The notes beneath the pieces are model-generated. The model ran no database searches, had not been told where the DNA came from, and saw only the letters and a program-made list of their open reading frames with translations. From Dehalococcoidia bacterium (lineage in GTDB: Bacteria > Chloroflexota > Dehalococcoidia > GIF9 > UBA5629): a stretch of DNA of 64,000 nt. Positions 47,434 to 57,365 of the stretch are shown here, in pieces. The position numbers were made by a program, and so were the translations under genes. The stretch spans positions 1 through 64,000 of the forward strand of contig JBEKIW010000001.1 in the NCBI GenBank assembly GCA_050011565.1, given 5' to 3'. Every line of letters starts with the position of its first letter. Within the stretch, counting starts at the first letter, position 1.

Positions 47434-48708
47434 ATGGAAAATAAAGAATCCAGGCCCCTACCTCATGAACTGGAGAGGATGGCTCCCAAAGAGAGACAAA
47501 AGCATTTAGAGGAGAGGATGAGGGAAATAGTTGACTATGCCTATGAAAAGGCGCCGGCGGTAAAGGAACGATTTGATAAGGCAGGAATTAAGCCTAAAGA
47601 TATACGTACCGTTAAGGATTTAGAAAAGATTCCCATGTTAAGAAAGGACGACCTCATTGCTCTGCAAAAGAAAAATCCTCCCTTCGGTGGTTATCTTGCA
47701 GTGCCATTAGATAACCTGGAGAGGATATATCAATCACCGGGTCCTATCTACGACCCGCAGCGAAAGAGAGGTTTCGGTGCCGGGAATGGGCGGGGAACAG
47801 ACTTTGGCAAGGGCCAGATAGTGATGAATACATGGTCATATCACGTAACACCCGCTGGCCTCGGAGTTGACCAGTTGCTCAGGAGCATGGGGTTTACGGT
47901 TGTTCCTAGCGGTACCGGGAATACGGAACTTCAAGTACAGATTATGCACGACCTCAAAGTGCACGGTTTTGTCGGCACCCCTAGCTTTCTGAAAATAATT
48001 ATCGATAAAGCTGAGGACATGGGCTATGATTTTAAGAAGGACTTTAACCTGAAATGGGCAATGGTTGGTGGCGAGATGGGTGGTGAAGCGCTGCGGAAAT
48101 TGTTCCAGGAGAAATACGGTATTTTATGTATGGGCGGAGACACTTATGCTACAGCTGACGTGGGCACCGTAGCTACGGGGTGCGATAAGCAGTCAGGTAT
48201 GCATATTACTGCGGATGCCATAGTTGAGATAGTAGACCCAGCGACGGGGAAACAGCTTGAGCCTGGTGAAATTGGCGAGATAGTTGTCACGCCCTTCGAC
48301 GAAGTCTATCCCTTGATACGGTTTGGCACAGGCGACTTATCGATGATGGTGGACGAGCCCTGTGGCTGTGGCAGGACAACCCCTCGGTTACCGAAGATTA
48401 TGGGTAGGTCCGGCGAGGCGGTCAGGGTGCGGGGGATGTTTGTTCATCCCAAGCAAACAGATGAAACGATTGCCAAATTTCCTGATATTCGTCGTTATCA
48501 GCTAGTGGTGACTCGTCCCCAGAACAGGGATGAAATGGTCTTAAAGGTTGAGCTTGCTGGTGACGCTGTCGATAAGGAAAAGCTGAAGAGTAGTCTGGAT
48601 AAGAGTTTTAAGGATACATGCAAAGTCAGGTTCGATCGTGTAGAGTTTGTTGCCGAGGGCACTATTCCTGAAGATGCCAAACGGATTGTGGATGAGAGAA
48701 CATACTAG
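47434..48708 (+). CDS. paaK: Phenylacetate-CoA ligase-family protein (copy 2)
   Basis: Same motifs; highly similar to copy 1. Confidence 0.85.
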   Translation: MENKESRPLPHELERMAPKERQKHLEERMREIVDYAYEKAPAVKERFDKAGIKPKDIRTVKDLEKIPMLRKDDLIALQKKNPPFGGYLAVPLDNLERIYQSPGPIYDPQRKRGFGAGNGRGTDFGKGQIVMNTWSYHVTPAGLGVDQLLRSMGFTVVPSGTGNTELQVQIMHDLKVHGFVGTPSFLKIIIDKAEDMGYDFKKDFNLKWAMVGGEMGGEALRKLFQEKYGILCMGGDTYATADVGTVATGCDKQSGMHITADAIVEIVDPATGKQLEPGEIGEIVVTPFDEVYPLIRFGTGDLSMMVDEPCGCGRTTPRLPKIMGRSGEAVRVRGMFVHPKQTDETIAKFPDIRRYQLVVTRPQNRDEMVLKVELAGDAVDKEKLKSSLDKSFKDTCKVRFDRVEFVAEGTIPEDAKRIVDERTY

Positions 48709-48754
48709 GCAAGTCGCCGTCCGCCGGGTTTTGCCAGATGAGGAGAGATGAGCA

Positions 48755-50038
48755 GTGAATAAGAAAAATGCTTTGCCTCCATTCGAGGCAATGGAGAAAA
48801 TGTCACGTAGGGAGAGGCAAAAAGTTTTAGATGAACAGCTGAAGTGGCTAGTTGCTTATGCTTATGAAAAAGCTCCGGCAACCAAAGAACGGTTTGATAA
48901 GGCAGGTATCGTGCCGTCTAAAGTATCCGGTATTAAGGACTTAGAAAATTTGCCTTTGCTGAGAAAAGATACGTTGGTGGATTTATATAAAACCAATCCT
49001 CCTCTTGGCGGATTGGTAACTGTGCCTATCACTGAGTTGGAAAGGGTTTATGTTTCCCCCGGGCCGATTTATGACCCACATCATTCAAGTGAGGCTTTCT
49101 GGCAGAGGCATGTCTACGTGGGTAAATCTGTGGGATTTCACCATGGAGATATCGTAGTCAACAGCTGGATGTATAATCTTGTTCCTGCCGGCCTGATGAT
49201 CGACGAGACATTAAGGCGGGGTGGGGTCACGGTTATTCCTATGGGTGTGGGAAATACTGAGCTCCAAGTGCAGGTGATGCATCAACTTAAAGTTACCGGT
49301 TTTATTGGTACTACAAGCTTCTTTATGAATGTTATCAACAAGGCTGAGGAAATGGGTTTTGATATACGCAAGGATTTTAATCTCAGGTTAGCTGTCATAG
49401 GTGGTGAGATGGGTGGTGGCCCAATCAGAAAGATGGTTGAAGAAAAGTATGGTATTGCCACAGGGGATATGTATGCCACAGCCGATGTTGGCCTATTAGC
49501 CTTTGAGTGCAGTGCTAAGAATGGCATGCATATTGCTGAGGGTGTAATACTGGAGATGATTAGTTATGAGACTGGAAAACAGATTGAGCCAGGTGAAGTA
49601 GGTGAAATAGTGGTGACTCCGATAGATGAAACCTATCCATTGATACGCTTCGGCACTGGAGACCTTGCCGGTTTGATTGATGAACCTTGCCCTTGTGGTC
49701 GGACTTCTTTGCGGATAACGCGGCTTTTGGGAAGGGTCGGTGATGCAGTCAGAACCAGAGGCATGTTCATTCATCCACGGCAGCTTGAACCGGCGATGGC
49801 GAAGTTCTTACAGGTCGCGCAATACCAGGCAGCGGTAACCAGACCCGGCCATCGGGACGAACTGACGCTCAAAGTTGAGCTTAAGACGGAAGAGGGAATC
49901 GACAAGGAGAAGCTGGCAAACGATTTAAACAAGATGGTGAGCGAGGCATTAAGAATTAAAGTTGACCGCGTCGAATTTGTAACCAGGGGCGTGATTCCAG
50001 AATGGCACAAGCTGATAGTTGACGAGCGAGTGTATTAA
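48755..50038 (+). CDS. paaK: Phenylacetate-CoA ligase-family protein (copy 3)
   Basis: Same motifs, more divergent. Confidence 0.85.
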   Translation: MNKKNALPPFEAMEKMSRRERQKVLDEQLKWLVAYAYEKAPATKERFDKAGIVPSKVSGIKDLENLPLLRKDTLVDLYKTNPPLGGLVTVPITELERVYVSPGPIYDPHHSSEAFWQRHVYVGKSVGFHHGDIVVNSWMYNLVPAGLMIDETLRRGGVTVIPMGVGNTELQVQVMHQLKVTGFIGTTSFFMNVINKAEEMGFDIRKDFNLRLAVIGGEMGGGPIRKMVEEKYGIATGDMYATADVGLLAFECSAKNGMHIAEGVILEMISYETGKQIEPGEVGEIVVTPIDETYPLIRFGTGDLAGLIDEPCPCGRTSLRITRLLGRVGDAVRTRGMFIHPRQLEPAMAKFLQVAQYQAAVTRPGHRDELTLKVELKTEEGIDKEKLANDLNKMVSEALRIKVDRVEFVTRGVIPEWHKLIVDERVY

Positions 50039-50190
50039 ACTTACTCTACTCTTAGCCATTTATACGGCGAAAAAACCTTGTAGTTTTGTCTCTGGGTTTT
50101 GACCTAGAACAACAAATATAAAATACCTTCCCGCCGTATTCGTCTTTCTTAACAACGAATTATGGTAAAATAAGACACTATTTTATCTAT

Positions 50191-51162
50191 TTGGTGACAA
50201 AGAAAATGTTGGCACCCTTAGCGAGTGAGGAAAATAAGTCAAATTTTAACTCCATTTCTTGTGGTAAGCTGACCTGGATTTACATTGAGAAGCCAACCGA
50301 GAAAGATGTGGAGTATTTGGGACAGAACTTCAACTTTAACCTTCTTAATCTCGACGATATCTTAAGCCGCGTGCAACGTCCCAAAATCGACGAGTATCCG
50401 GACCACCTTTTCATTGTGCTTCACTTTCCCGTTTACAACAAGGAGAACAGAGTCACTACACCCAGCGAGGTAGATATATTTATAGGCGAAAGTTACATAG
50501 TCACAATTCATAAATCCGGTGATTTGAAACCGCTGGCTAAATTTTTTAACGAATGCCATGTTGACGAGGGAATATGTAACGCTTATATGAGCCGCAGCTC
50601 GGGCTTTCTCCTGTATCATATACTGGATAGACTGGTCAATTACTGCTTTCCGATTCTTAATAAGGCGGTAGATAACGTAGAAAAGTTGGAAGACCTCATT
50701 TTTTCCAGGCCAGTGCCGGAGACCGTCCATGAAATCATGTTGATGCGACGAGACCTAATCTCGTTCCGGCGTGTTATCCGGCCCCAAGTGAATGTTGTAG
50801 AGACATTGGAGAAAGAAGAATATCCGTTCTTGAAAGAGGACCAGGATGTTTACTTTGGCGATGTTGCTGACCACATACGTAAGATTTGGGATGGCCTGGA
50901 GGACGGCAAAGAGATGGTAGACGTATTGGCAGACACGAGCAACTGGCTGACCTCGCACAATATACAGGAAGTAATGCGGGTATGGACCATTGTCATGGCG
51001 CTTTTGACGGTACCTGGTCTCATTGCTAGTATTTGGAGCATGAATGTTCGATTACCCGGCACAGGAGTAAATAGTTATTGGCCTTGGATTTTGATAGTCG
51101 TTCTGATGATAGTCAGTACCGCTATCACGTACTTTTTCTTCCGCCGTAGGCGTTGGATTTAA
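50191..51162 (+). CDS. corA: CorA-family divalent cation transporter
   Basis: QRPKIDEY, LLYHILD.LV, YFGDVADH, two C-terminal TMs; the signature reads SMN. Confidence 0.88.
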   Translation: MVTKKMLAPLASEENKSNFNSISCGKLTWIYIEKPTEKDVEYLGQNFNFNLLNLDDILSRVQRPKIDEYPDHLFIVLHFPVYNKENRVTTPSEVDIFIGESYIVTIHKSGDLKPLAKFFNECHVDEGICNAYMSRSSGFLLYHILDRLVNYCFPILNKAVDNVEKLEDLIFSRPVPETVHEIMLMRRDLISFRRVIRPQVNVVETLEKEEYPFLKEDQDVYFGDVADHIRKIWDGLEDGKEMVDVLADTSNWLTSHNIQEVMRVWTIVMALLTVPGLIASIWSMNVRLPGTGVNSYWPWILIVVLMIVSTAITYFFFRRRRWI

Positions 51163-51190
51163 GTTTGTCCGATGCAAGGGGGCTTTTTCT

Positions 51191-51859
51191 ATGACAGTCT
51201 CTCATAGATTTGTAGTGATAGCGGCTCTTTTTGTCACCTGTCTTATCACGGCTAACATTATAATTGCTAAGCAGATAAGTGTTGGTGGCATAATTCTACC
51301 CGCGGCGATTGTAATTTTCCCCATAAGCTATATCATCGGTGATGTTCTTACCGAGGTTTACGGTTACCGGCAGGCACGACGTGTAATCTGGCTTGGCTTT
51401 ATATGTAATTTAATAGCGGTAGCGGCTATCTGGATAGCCAAGATACTTCCTCCAGCACCGGTTTTCGAGGCGCAAAATGCTTATGAGCGTATTCTGGGTA
51501 GCACCCCTCGCTTCTTATTAGCTTCTTTTGTCGCTTATCTGGCGGGTGAATTTACCAATTCGGTGGTCTTGGCTAAAATGAAGATAATGACCAAGGGTCG
51601 ATGGCTGTGGACGAGGACTATTGGCTCCACTTTGTTAGGACAGGGCGTCGATACTATAGTTGTCCTGACTATTGCCTTCGTAGGCGTGCTGCCGTTTTCG
51701 GTACTGGGCATCATGATGTTTTTCCACTGGCTGATAAAATGCGTCTACGAAGCTGTAGCTACTCCATTGACCTATGTTGTCGTCGGTTATTTAAAGCGAA
51801 AAGAAGGTATTGATGTCTATGATTATGGCGTGGATTTTAATCCTCTGAGGGTCATTTAA
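51191..51859 (+). CDS. yhhQ: Queuosine precursor transporter (VUT/YhhQ family)
   Basis: FPISYIIGDVLTEVYG, RFLLASFVAYL, RTIGSTLLGQGVDT, E...TPLTY. Confidence 0.9.
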   Translation: MTVSHRFVVIAALFVTCLITANIIIAKQISVGGIILPAAIVIFPISYIIGDVLTEVYGYRQARRVIWLGFICNLIAVAAIWIAKILPPAPVFEAQNAYERILGSTPRFLLASFVAYLAGEFTNSVVLAKMKIMTKGRWLWTRTIGSTLLGQGVDTIVVLTIAFVGVLPFSVLGIMMFFHWLIKCVYEAVATPLTYVVVGYLKRKEGIDVYDYGVDFNPLRVI

Positions 51860-51880
51860 GGGCTGTGACCGGGATAGGCT

Positions 51881-52357
51881 GTGGAAATTAAGTTCATCGT
51901 CGATAATAATGTTGGCAAACTGGCGAAGTGGTTGAGGATAATGGGATACGACGCCTTGCTTTTTTCTGGAGAGGATGATGGTAGAATGGTGAAGGTTGCA
52001 TTGGCGCAAAACAGGGTGATTTTGACCAAGGATACAGAGGTAATAAAGCGGCGGCTGATAACCAGTGGCAAACTCAAGGCGATTCTCATTAAGGATGATG
52101 ATATCGGGGCTCAACTGCATCAAGTTGTTGAAGCTTTGAACCTGGACTATCATTTCAGTCCGTTTTCTATCTGTGTCGAGTGTAACCAACGCCTGATAGA
52201 GAAGGACAAAGACGCAGTGCGAGACTTAGTCCCTCCATATGTTTTTGAAATCCAGAGATTGTATATGGAATGTCCGTCCTGTCATCGTATATACTGGCGT
52301 GGCACACATTGGCAGGCGATGAGCCGGGAATTAGATAAACTGGCGGGGAAGCAGTGA
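51881..52357 (+). CDS. Mut7-C RNase domain protein
   Basis: FIVD..VGKLAKWLRIMGYD, ILTKD, C..CN, CPSC.RIYWRGTH. Confidence 0.9.
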   Translation: MEIKFIVDNNVGKLAKWLRIMGYDALLFSGEDDGRMVKVALAQNRVILTKDTEVIKRRLITSGKLKAILIKDDDIGAQLHQVVEALNLDYHFSPFSICVECNQRLIEKDKDAVRDLVPPYVFEIQRLYMECPSCHRIYWRGTHWQAMSRELDKLAGKQ

Positions 52358-52382
52358 CTTTAATGGAAGGCGGCTCCAAGCT

Positions 52383-53951
52383 ATGAAGGTTGTTACTGCG
52401 GAGCAGATGCGGGAGATTGACCGCAGGGCTGCCGGCGTCGGTTTGACCACCGAGATATTGATGGAGAATGCCGGTCGGGCTGTAGCCGAGGAGATTAAAA
52501 AACTTGTCGGTAGTGTTGTCGGCAAGCACGTTTTGGTAATAGTTGGCCCTGGTAATAATGGAGGTGACGGGTTAGTAGCCGGCCGCCATCTTGCAGATTC
52601 GGGCGCTGAGGTCAATATTTACCTGTGCGCTCAGCGTCCGGAGGGTGATAAAAACCTGGCGTTGGTTCAACAGCGAGGTATAACAACTGTTCAGGCTGAC
52701 CAGGACAGGGATTTTGCCAGGTTTGAGAACTCCTTAGGTTCCTCTGACGTGGTAGTCGACGCCATCTTCGGCACGGGCAGAAGTCGAGCGCTCGACGGCG
52801 TATTTAAAGAAGTGCTTTCTAGAGTGACAGCAGCCAAAAAGAAAGCCCCCAAGCTTTTGGCAATCGCTGTTGACATGCCTTCCGGACTTGATGCTGATAC
52901 GGGAGCCGTTGACCCAAGTTGTCCCCATGTTAATGCCACCATTGCTCTTGGTTATCCCAAGCCGGGCTTATTTAACTTTCCCGGTGCGGAAAGGGCCGGC
53001 AGGGTTATCATCGCTGATATTGGTCTTCCATCAAATATGGGAGAGAATATACACACCGAGCTGATAACTGAAGATTGGGTTAAATCAGTATTGCCTGTGC
53101 GTCCTGCCGGTGCCAATAAGGGGAGCTTTGGTAAAGTGCTGGTCGTAGCCGGCTCAATCAATTACATTGGAGCTGCTTATCTAGCCTGTATGGGTGCAGC
53201 CAGGGTCGGGGCCGGTCTGGTGACGTTATCTACTGCTTCCAGCCTGCAGCCGATTCTAGCGGCAAAAATGGACGAGGTGACGTACGTTCCTCTGCCGGAA
53301 TCTGCAGCCGGCATAATTTCCCCAAAGGCGGCATCCGTTCTGAAACGATGGTTGCCCGGTTATGAAGTTTTGCTCATGGGCTGCGGACTGGGGCAAAAGG
53401 CTGCTGTTGCTGAGTTCGTAAAGGCCGTTCTGTTTAATTTGAAAAAGGATTCCTCTCCAGTCCTTGTGCTTGATGCTGATGCTTTGAATACTTTGGCACA
53501 GACACCAGATTGGTGGCAGAAGCTAAGTCAGGATGCTATACTTACGCCACATCCGGGCGAGATGGCACGACTGGCTGGAGTTTCGGTGGAGGAGGTGCAG
53601 CGCCAGCGTCTGGATATAGCCCGGAAAAGCGCTGTCGAGTGGCGAAAGGTGGTCGTGCTTAAGGGGGCATATAGTGTCGTGGCGGCATCTGACGGTCGGG
53701 CTAGAATCAGTCAGGTAGCTAACCCGGGGTTGGCTTCAGCGGGCACTGGCGATGTGCTTAGCGGCGTGATTGCTGGATTGGTAGCTCAAGGGCTATCTCT
53801 TTTCGATGCCGCAGCTTGCGGCGTCTATCTTCATGCCCAGGCCGGAGAAATGGTAAGGCGAGAGCTGGGTGAGGTAGGGATGTTGGCTGGTGACCTTTTG
53901 CCGGCTTTACCTAAGGTGATAATGAGGCTGAAACAGGAAGAGGCATCTTAA
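52383..53951 (+). CDS. nnr: Bifunctional NAD(P)HX epimerase/dehydratase
   Basis: LMENAG, GPGNNGGDG, DAIFGTG, DMPSG, LDADAL, LTPHPGE, LASAGTGDVLSG. Confidence 0.95.
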   Translation: MKVVTAEQMREIDRRAAGVGLTTEILMENAGRAVAEEIKKLVGSVVGKHVLVIVGPGNNGGDGLVAGRHLADSGAEVNIYLCAQRPEGDKNLALVQQRGITTVQADQDRDFARFENSLGSSDVVVDAIFGTGRSRALDGVFKEVLSRVTAAKKKAPKLLAIAVDMPSGLDADTGAVDPSCPHVNATIALGYPKPGLFNFPGAERAGRVIIADIGLPSNMGENIHTELITEDWVKSVLPVRPAGANKGSFGKVLVVAGSINYIGAAYLACMGAARVGAGLVTLSTASSLQPILAAKMDEVTYVPLPESAAGIISPKAASVLKRWLPGYEVLLMGCGLGQKAAVAEFVKAVLFNLKKDSSPVLVLDADALNTLAQTPDWWQKLSQDAILTPHPGEMARLAGVSVEEVQRQRLDIARKSAVEWRKVVVLKGAYSVVAASDGRARISQVANPGLASAGTGDVLSGVIAGLVAQGLSLFDAAACGVYLHAQAGEMVRRELGEVGMLAGDLLPALPKVIMRLKQEEAS

Positions 53952-53965
53952 GGTTTGGTGAACGT

Positions 53966-54739
53966 ATGTTATTAGCTGTCGATATCGGTAATACTAATAT
54001 AACTATCGGCGTCTTCGACGGCAGTAAAATGAAATCAACATGGAGAGTGGCTACCGGTGTACATCGTATGCCTGATGAATATGCCAGCTTAATACTCCAT
54101 CTTTTCGAGCACGAAGGTATTGCTGCCTCTAAAATCACAGATACGATATTATGCAGTGTTGTTCCACCACTGACCGGTGTTTTCGAGGAAATGTGCCGAC
54201 ACTATCTAAAGGTTTCTCCTATACTGGTGGAGGCCGGTGTTAAGACAGGAGTGCGAATCTCAATGGATAACCCAAAGGAAGTTGGTGCCGACCGTATAGT
54301 GAATGCGGTAGCCGCTCATCAGCTATACGGCGGCGCAGTGATTGTCATTGACCTGGGCACTGCCACCACTTTTGATGCCGTCTCTAAGGAAGGAGATTAT
54401 CTTGGTGGGGCTATTGCACCGGGAATTGCTATAGCCACGGAGGCTTTGTTTGCTCGAACTGCTGTACTGCCCCGGGTGGAATTGACCCATCCCAAGAGGG
54501 CTATTGGTAGGAATACCGTAGCGGCTATGCAATCCGGCATTGTCTTCGGTTATGCCGGGCTGATAGAAGGTATAGTGGCCAGGATTAAAGAGGAACTGGG
54601 AGGTAAGGCAAAGGTGGTAGCCACAGGGGGCTATGCTGAGCTTCTGGCCCGGGAAACACCGGCAATCGATGAGGTAAATCCTGACTTAACGCTTATAGGT
54701 TTACGACTGATTTATGAAATGAATAAGGCTAAGGAATAG
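53966..54739 (+). CDS. coaX: Type III pantothenate kinase
   Basis: DIGNTN, VGADR, DLGTATT, GGAIAPG, ATGG. Confidence 0.96.
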   Translation: MLLAVDIGNTNITIGVFDGSKMKSTWRVATGVHRMPDEYASLILHLFEHEGIAASKITDTILCSVVPPLTGVFEEMCRHYLKVSPILVEAGVKTGVRISMDNPKEVGADRIVNAVAAHQLYGGAVIVIDLGTATTFDAVSKEGDYLGGAIAPGIAIATEALFARTAVLPRVELTHPKRAIGRNTVAAMQSGIVFGYAGLIEGIVARIKEELGGKAKVVATGGYAELLARETPAIDEVNPDLTLIGLRLIYEMNKAKE

Positions 54740-54742
54740 GAT

Positions 54743-55948
54743 ATGGGGCTAAAAGGTAAAACCGTAGTCTTGGGAGTAACCGGCAGTATCGCTGCTTATA
54801 AGGCTGTTGAGTTAGCCAGCCAGTTGACGCAAGCTGGGGCTCAGGTTGAGGTCATTATGACGGAGGCTGCCACCGAGTTTATTATGCCGCTGACCTTCCG
54901 TAATATTACGGGCAGGCCCGTGGTTACCAAGATGTTCGAGTTAGCTTCCGAATATAGTGTGGAGCATGTAGCCTTGGCCGAGGCAGCCGATATAGTAGTG
55001 ATAGCTCCGGCTACAGCCGACATCATTGCCAGAATAGCGGCTGGTATGGCAGATGATATGGTCAGTTGTACGGTACTGGCGACAAAGGCACCCGTAATCG
55101 TAGCTCCAGCAATGCATGCGGCTATGTACCAGAACCAGGTAACTCAGGATAATCTGGCTAAGCTAAAGGCTCGGGGCTTTATCACCGTCGGACCTGATTA
55201 CGGCCGGCTTGCCTCACGCGGAATAGGCCTGGGGCGGCTTGTTGATGTAAACGAGATTTTAGGCACCATTTGCCAGGTTTTGGGTAGAAGCAGCGATTTA
55301 GCTGGACGGCGCGTTGTGGTCACCGCTGGCGGTACTCAGGAGCCCGTGGACCCCGTTCGGTGTTTGACTAATCGTTCTTCAGGCAAAATGGGATATGCGC
55401 TGGCTGAAGCCGCCAGAGACCGCGGAGCCAAGGTAGTCCTCGTAAGTGCTCCCACTGCTCTTCTCAAGCCAGTCGGTATAGATATGGTGAATGTTGGTAC
55501 CGCTCAAGAAATGCATGAAGCGGTAAAGAAAGCTGTGGCTAAAGCTGATGTACTAGTAATGGCAGCGGCGGTTGCCGATTACCGGGCTAAGCGGGTATCC
55601 AAGACCAAGATTAAGCGGGAGCGAGCCTCTAGTTTGACACTGGAACTGGAAAGCACACCCGATATCCTGGGAGAAGTGAAAGGTAAATTCCTCCGGGTCG
55701 GCTTTGCCGCCGAAAGTGAAAATCTGGTGGCTAATGCCAAAGGAAAGCTTGATAAGAAGCGGCTCGACCTAATCGTCGGCAACGATATCACCGCCGAAGG
55801 TAGCGGCATCGGCGCTGATACCAACCAGGTGGTGATAATCGACCGCAAGGGTAAGGTCGAGAAATTGCCACTTTTGCCAAAGAGGGAAGTGGCGGACAGG
55901 ATTTTGGATAGGGTAGCAGGGCTTTGGGCTAAGAGAAGCGGGAAATAG
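54743..55948 (+). CDS. coaBC: Phosphopantothenoylcysteine decarboxylase/ligase
   Basis: GVTGSIAAYK, APATA, APAM, TAGGT.EPVDPVR..TNRSSGKMG, AAVADY, VGFAAES. Confidence 0.96.
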   Translation: MGLKGKTVVLGVTGSIAAYKAVELASQLTQAGAQVEVIMTEAATEFIMPLTFRNITGRPVVTKMFELASEYSVEHVALAEAADIVVIAPATADIIARIAAGMADDMVSCTVLATKAPVIVAPAMHAAMYQNQVTQDNLAKLKARGFITVGPDYGRLASRGIGLGRLVDVNEILGTICQVLGRSSDLAGRRVVVTAGGTQEPVDPVRCLTNRSSGKMGYALAEAARDRGAKVVLVSAPTALLKPVGIDMVNVGTAQEMHEAVKKAVAKADVLVMAAAVADYRAKRVSKTKIKRERASSLTLELESTPDILGEVKGKFLRVGFAAESENLVANAKGKLDKKRLDLIVGNDITAEGSGIGADTNQVVIIDRKGKVEKLPLLPKREVADRILDRVAGLWAKRSGK

Positions 55949-55951
55949 AAG

Positions 55952-56923
55952 ATGTTGCTAATAGACGACGTAAAGTACGAGCTGTGGATACCGCCAAGCG
56001 AAGATGCTCTCGAGCAAATGATTAAGGAGCACGCGCAGGACATCTTTGGCGAAGAAGCTGAATTTTTTAATAAACAAAGGCTGGAATCAGAGTTAGGAAA
56101 AGGCTCGGTACCTGATGGGTTTGTCGTTATCTTTGGCCCGTCTTCGCGCTGGTACATTGTTGAGGTCGAGCTATCAGTTCATGATGTGCATAAGCACATA
56201 GTTGAACAACACAGCAGATTTATCATGGGCATAAGGAGTTCCGAAACTAAAAATAAGATCGTTAAGGCAATATACAACGAGATAGACAAAGATGCTTCTC
56301 GCAAACAGAAATTAAAGAAAGCCATCGAACCCGATGAAATTTATAGGTTTCTTCATGAAGTCATCTCCAAACCACCAGTGTTGACGATCATCGTTGAAAA
56401 GCCTATACAAGGATTGGATGAAACCTTGAAAGCCCTTTCCCGCGATACTATTTCTGATATCAAGGTGGTAGAGTTTCAAACTTTTGTTCAAAAAAATGTT
56501 GGTTTAGGTGCTCATGTGCATCTGTTTGAACCATTGTATCCTGTTGTTACTCCGAAACCTACGATTGTCTTGGAGCAGACTAAAAGCAGCCCAGCCACTA
56601 CTAAAATCGCAGTGCAAGGCTCACTGGAAATTATCGTAAAACCTGCGTGCATAAGATTTCACCTATTTTTTATCCCTAAGCATAGTAGGCGATTTTTCCC
56701 TGGCTACAGAGTTCCTTTTAAGCTAGAGACAGACGTAATGGAAATTGAAACATATGTCACCTCAGCTCGGGCAGGCACCCAAGTTGGCGATCCAGATGCA
56801 GGGGCTTACATTCAGGCAAACTTGGCAGAGTGGTACAGACGACATCCGGAGATAAAGGTTGGAGATAGGGTTATCTTGGAACTTATTGAACCAATGAAGC
56901 GGTATCGCCTTAAGAAGGCATGA
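55952..56923 (+). CDS. Putative PD-(D/E)xK-type nuclease with a C-terminal beta domain
   Basis: E..LE..I, VPDG...WYIVEVEL..H....HI..Q; separate C-terminal domain after a P/T linker. Confidence 0.55.
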   Translation: MLLIDDVKYELWIPPSEDALEQMIKEHAQDIFGEEAEFFNKQRLESELGKGSVPDGFVVIFGPSSRWYIVEVELSVHDVHKHIVEQHSRFIMGIRSSETKNKIVKAIYNEIDKDASRKQKLKKAIEPDEIYRFLHEVISKPPVLTIIVEKPIQGLDETLKALSRDTISDIKVVEFQTFVQKNVGLGAHVHLFEPLYPVVTPKPTIVLEQTKSSPATTKIAVQGSLEIIVKPACIRFHLFFIPKHSRRFFPGYRVPFKLETDVMEIETYVTSARAGTQVGDPDAGAYIQANLAEWYRRHPEIKVGDRVILELIEPMKRYRLKKA

Positions 56924-56932
56924 GGAGAAGAA

Positions 56933-57154
56933 ATGTCACGAGAGTTCACTGGAGTTATTGAAAAAAGGGGAGATTGGTATGTTGGCTATGTAGAGGAGCT
57001 TCCAGGGGTCAATACCCAGGGAAGGACACTGAAGGAAGTAAGAGAGAACCTGAAGGAAGCTACGCAATTGATTATTGAAGCTAACAGGGAACTCATGGCT
57101 AAGAGGCAAGCGGATGTGCCTGTTATCAGGGAGAAAATCGTCATAGAGATGTGA
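56933..57154 (+). CDS. hicB: HicB antitoxin (short form)
   Basis: YVGYVEELPGVNTQGRTLKEVRENLKEA. Confidence 0.92.
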   Translation: MSREFTGVIEKRGDWYVGYVEELPGVNTQGRTLKEVRENLKEATQLIIEANRELMAKRQADVPVIREKIVIEM

Positions 57155-57163
57155 ACTTTCTGA

Positions 57164-57352
57164 ATGAAGCGAAGGGATTTGTTGAGGCATCTCTATAATC
57201 AGGGATGCCAATTATTTAGAGAAGGCAAGAAGCATAGCGTATTTTATAACCCGAATAGCAATAAGACTTCCACTGTGCCACGGCATCGAGAAATCAATGA
57301 TTTTACGGTAAGGAAGATCTGTAGAGATTTAGAGATTCCAGAGCCAAATTAA
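57164..57352 (+). CDS. hicA: HicA mRNA interferase toxin
   Basis: MKRRDLLRHL...GC...REGKKH......TVPRHREI....RKICRDL. Confidence 0.92.
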   Translation: MKRRDLLRHLYNQGCQLFREGKKHSVFYNPNSNKTSTVPRHREINDFTVRKICRDLEIPEPN

Positions 57353-57365
57353 GGAAGCGTAACGT

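Noticed and set aside
51191-51859. Functional link between the queuosine transporter and the GUC tRNA
   Set aside because: yhhQ belongs to the host operon outside the transposon, so proximity is probably coincidental.
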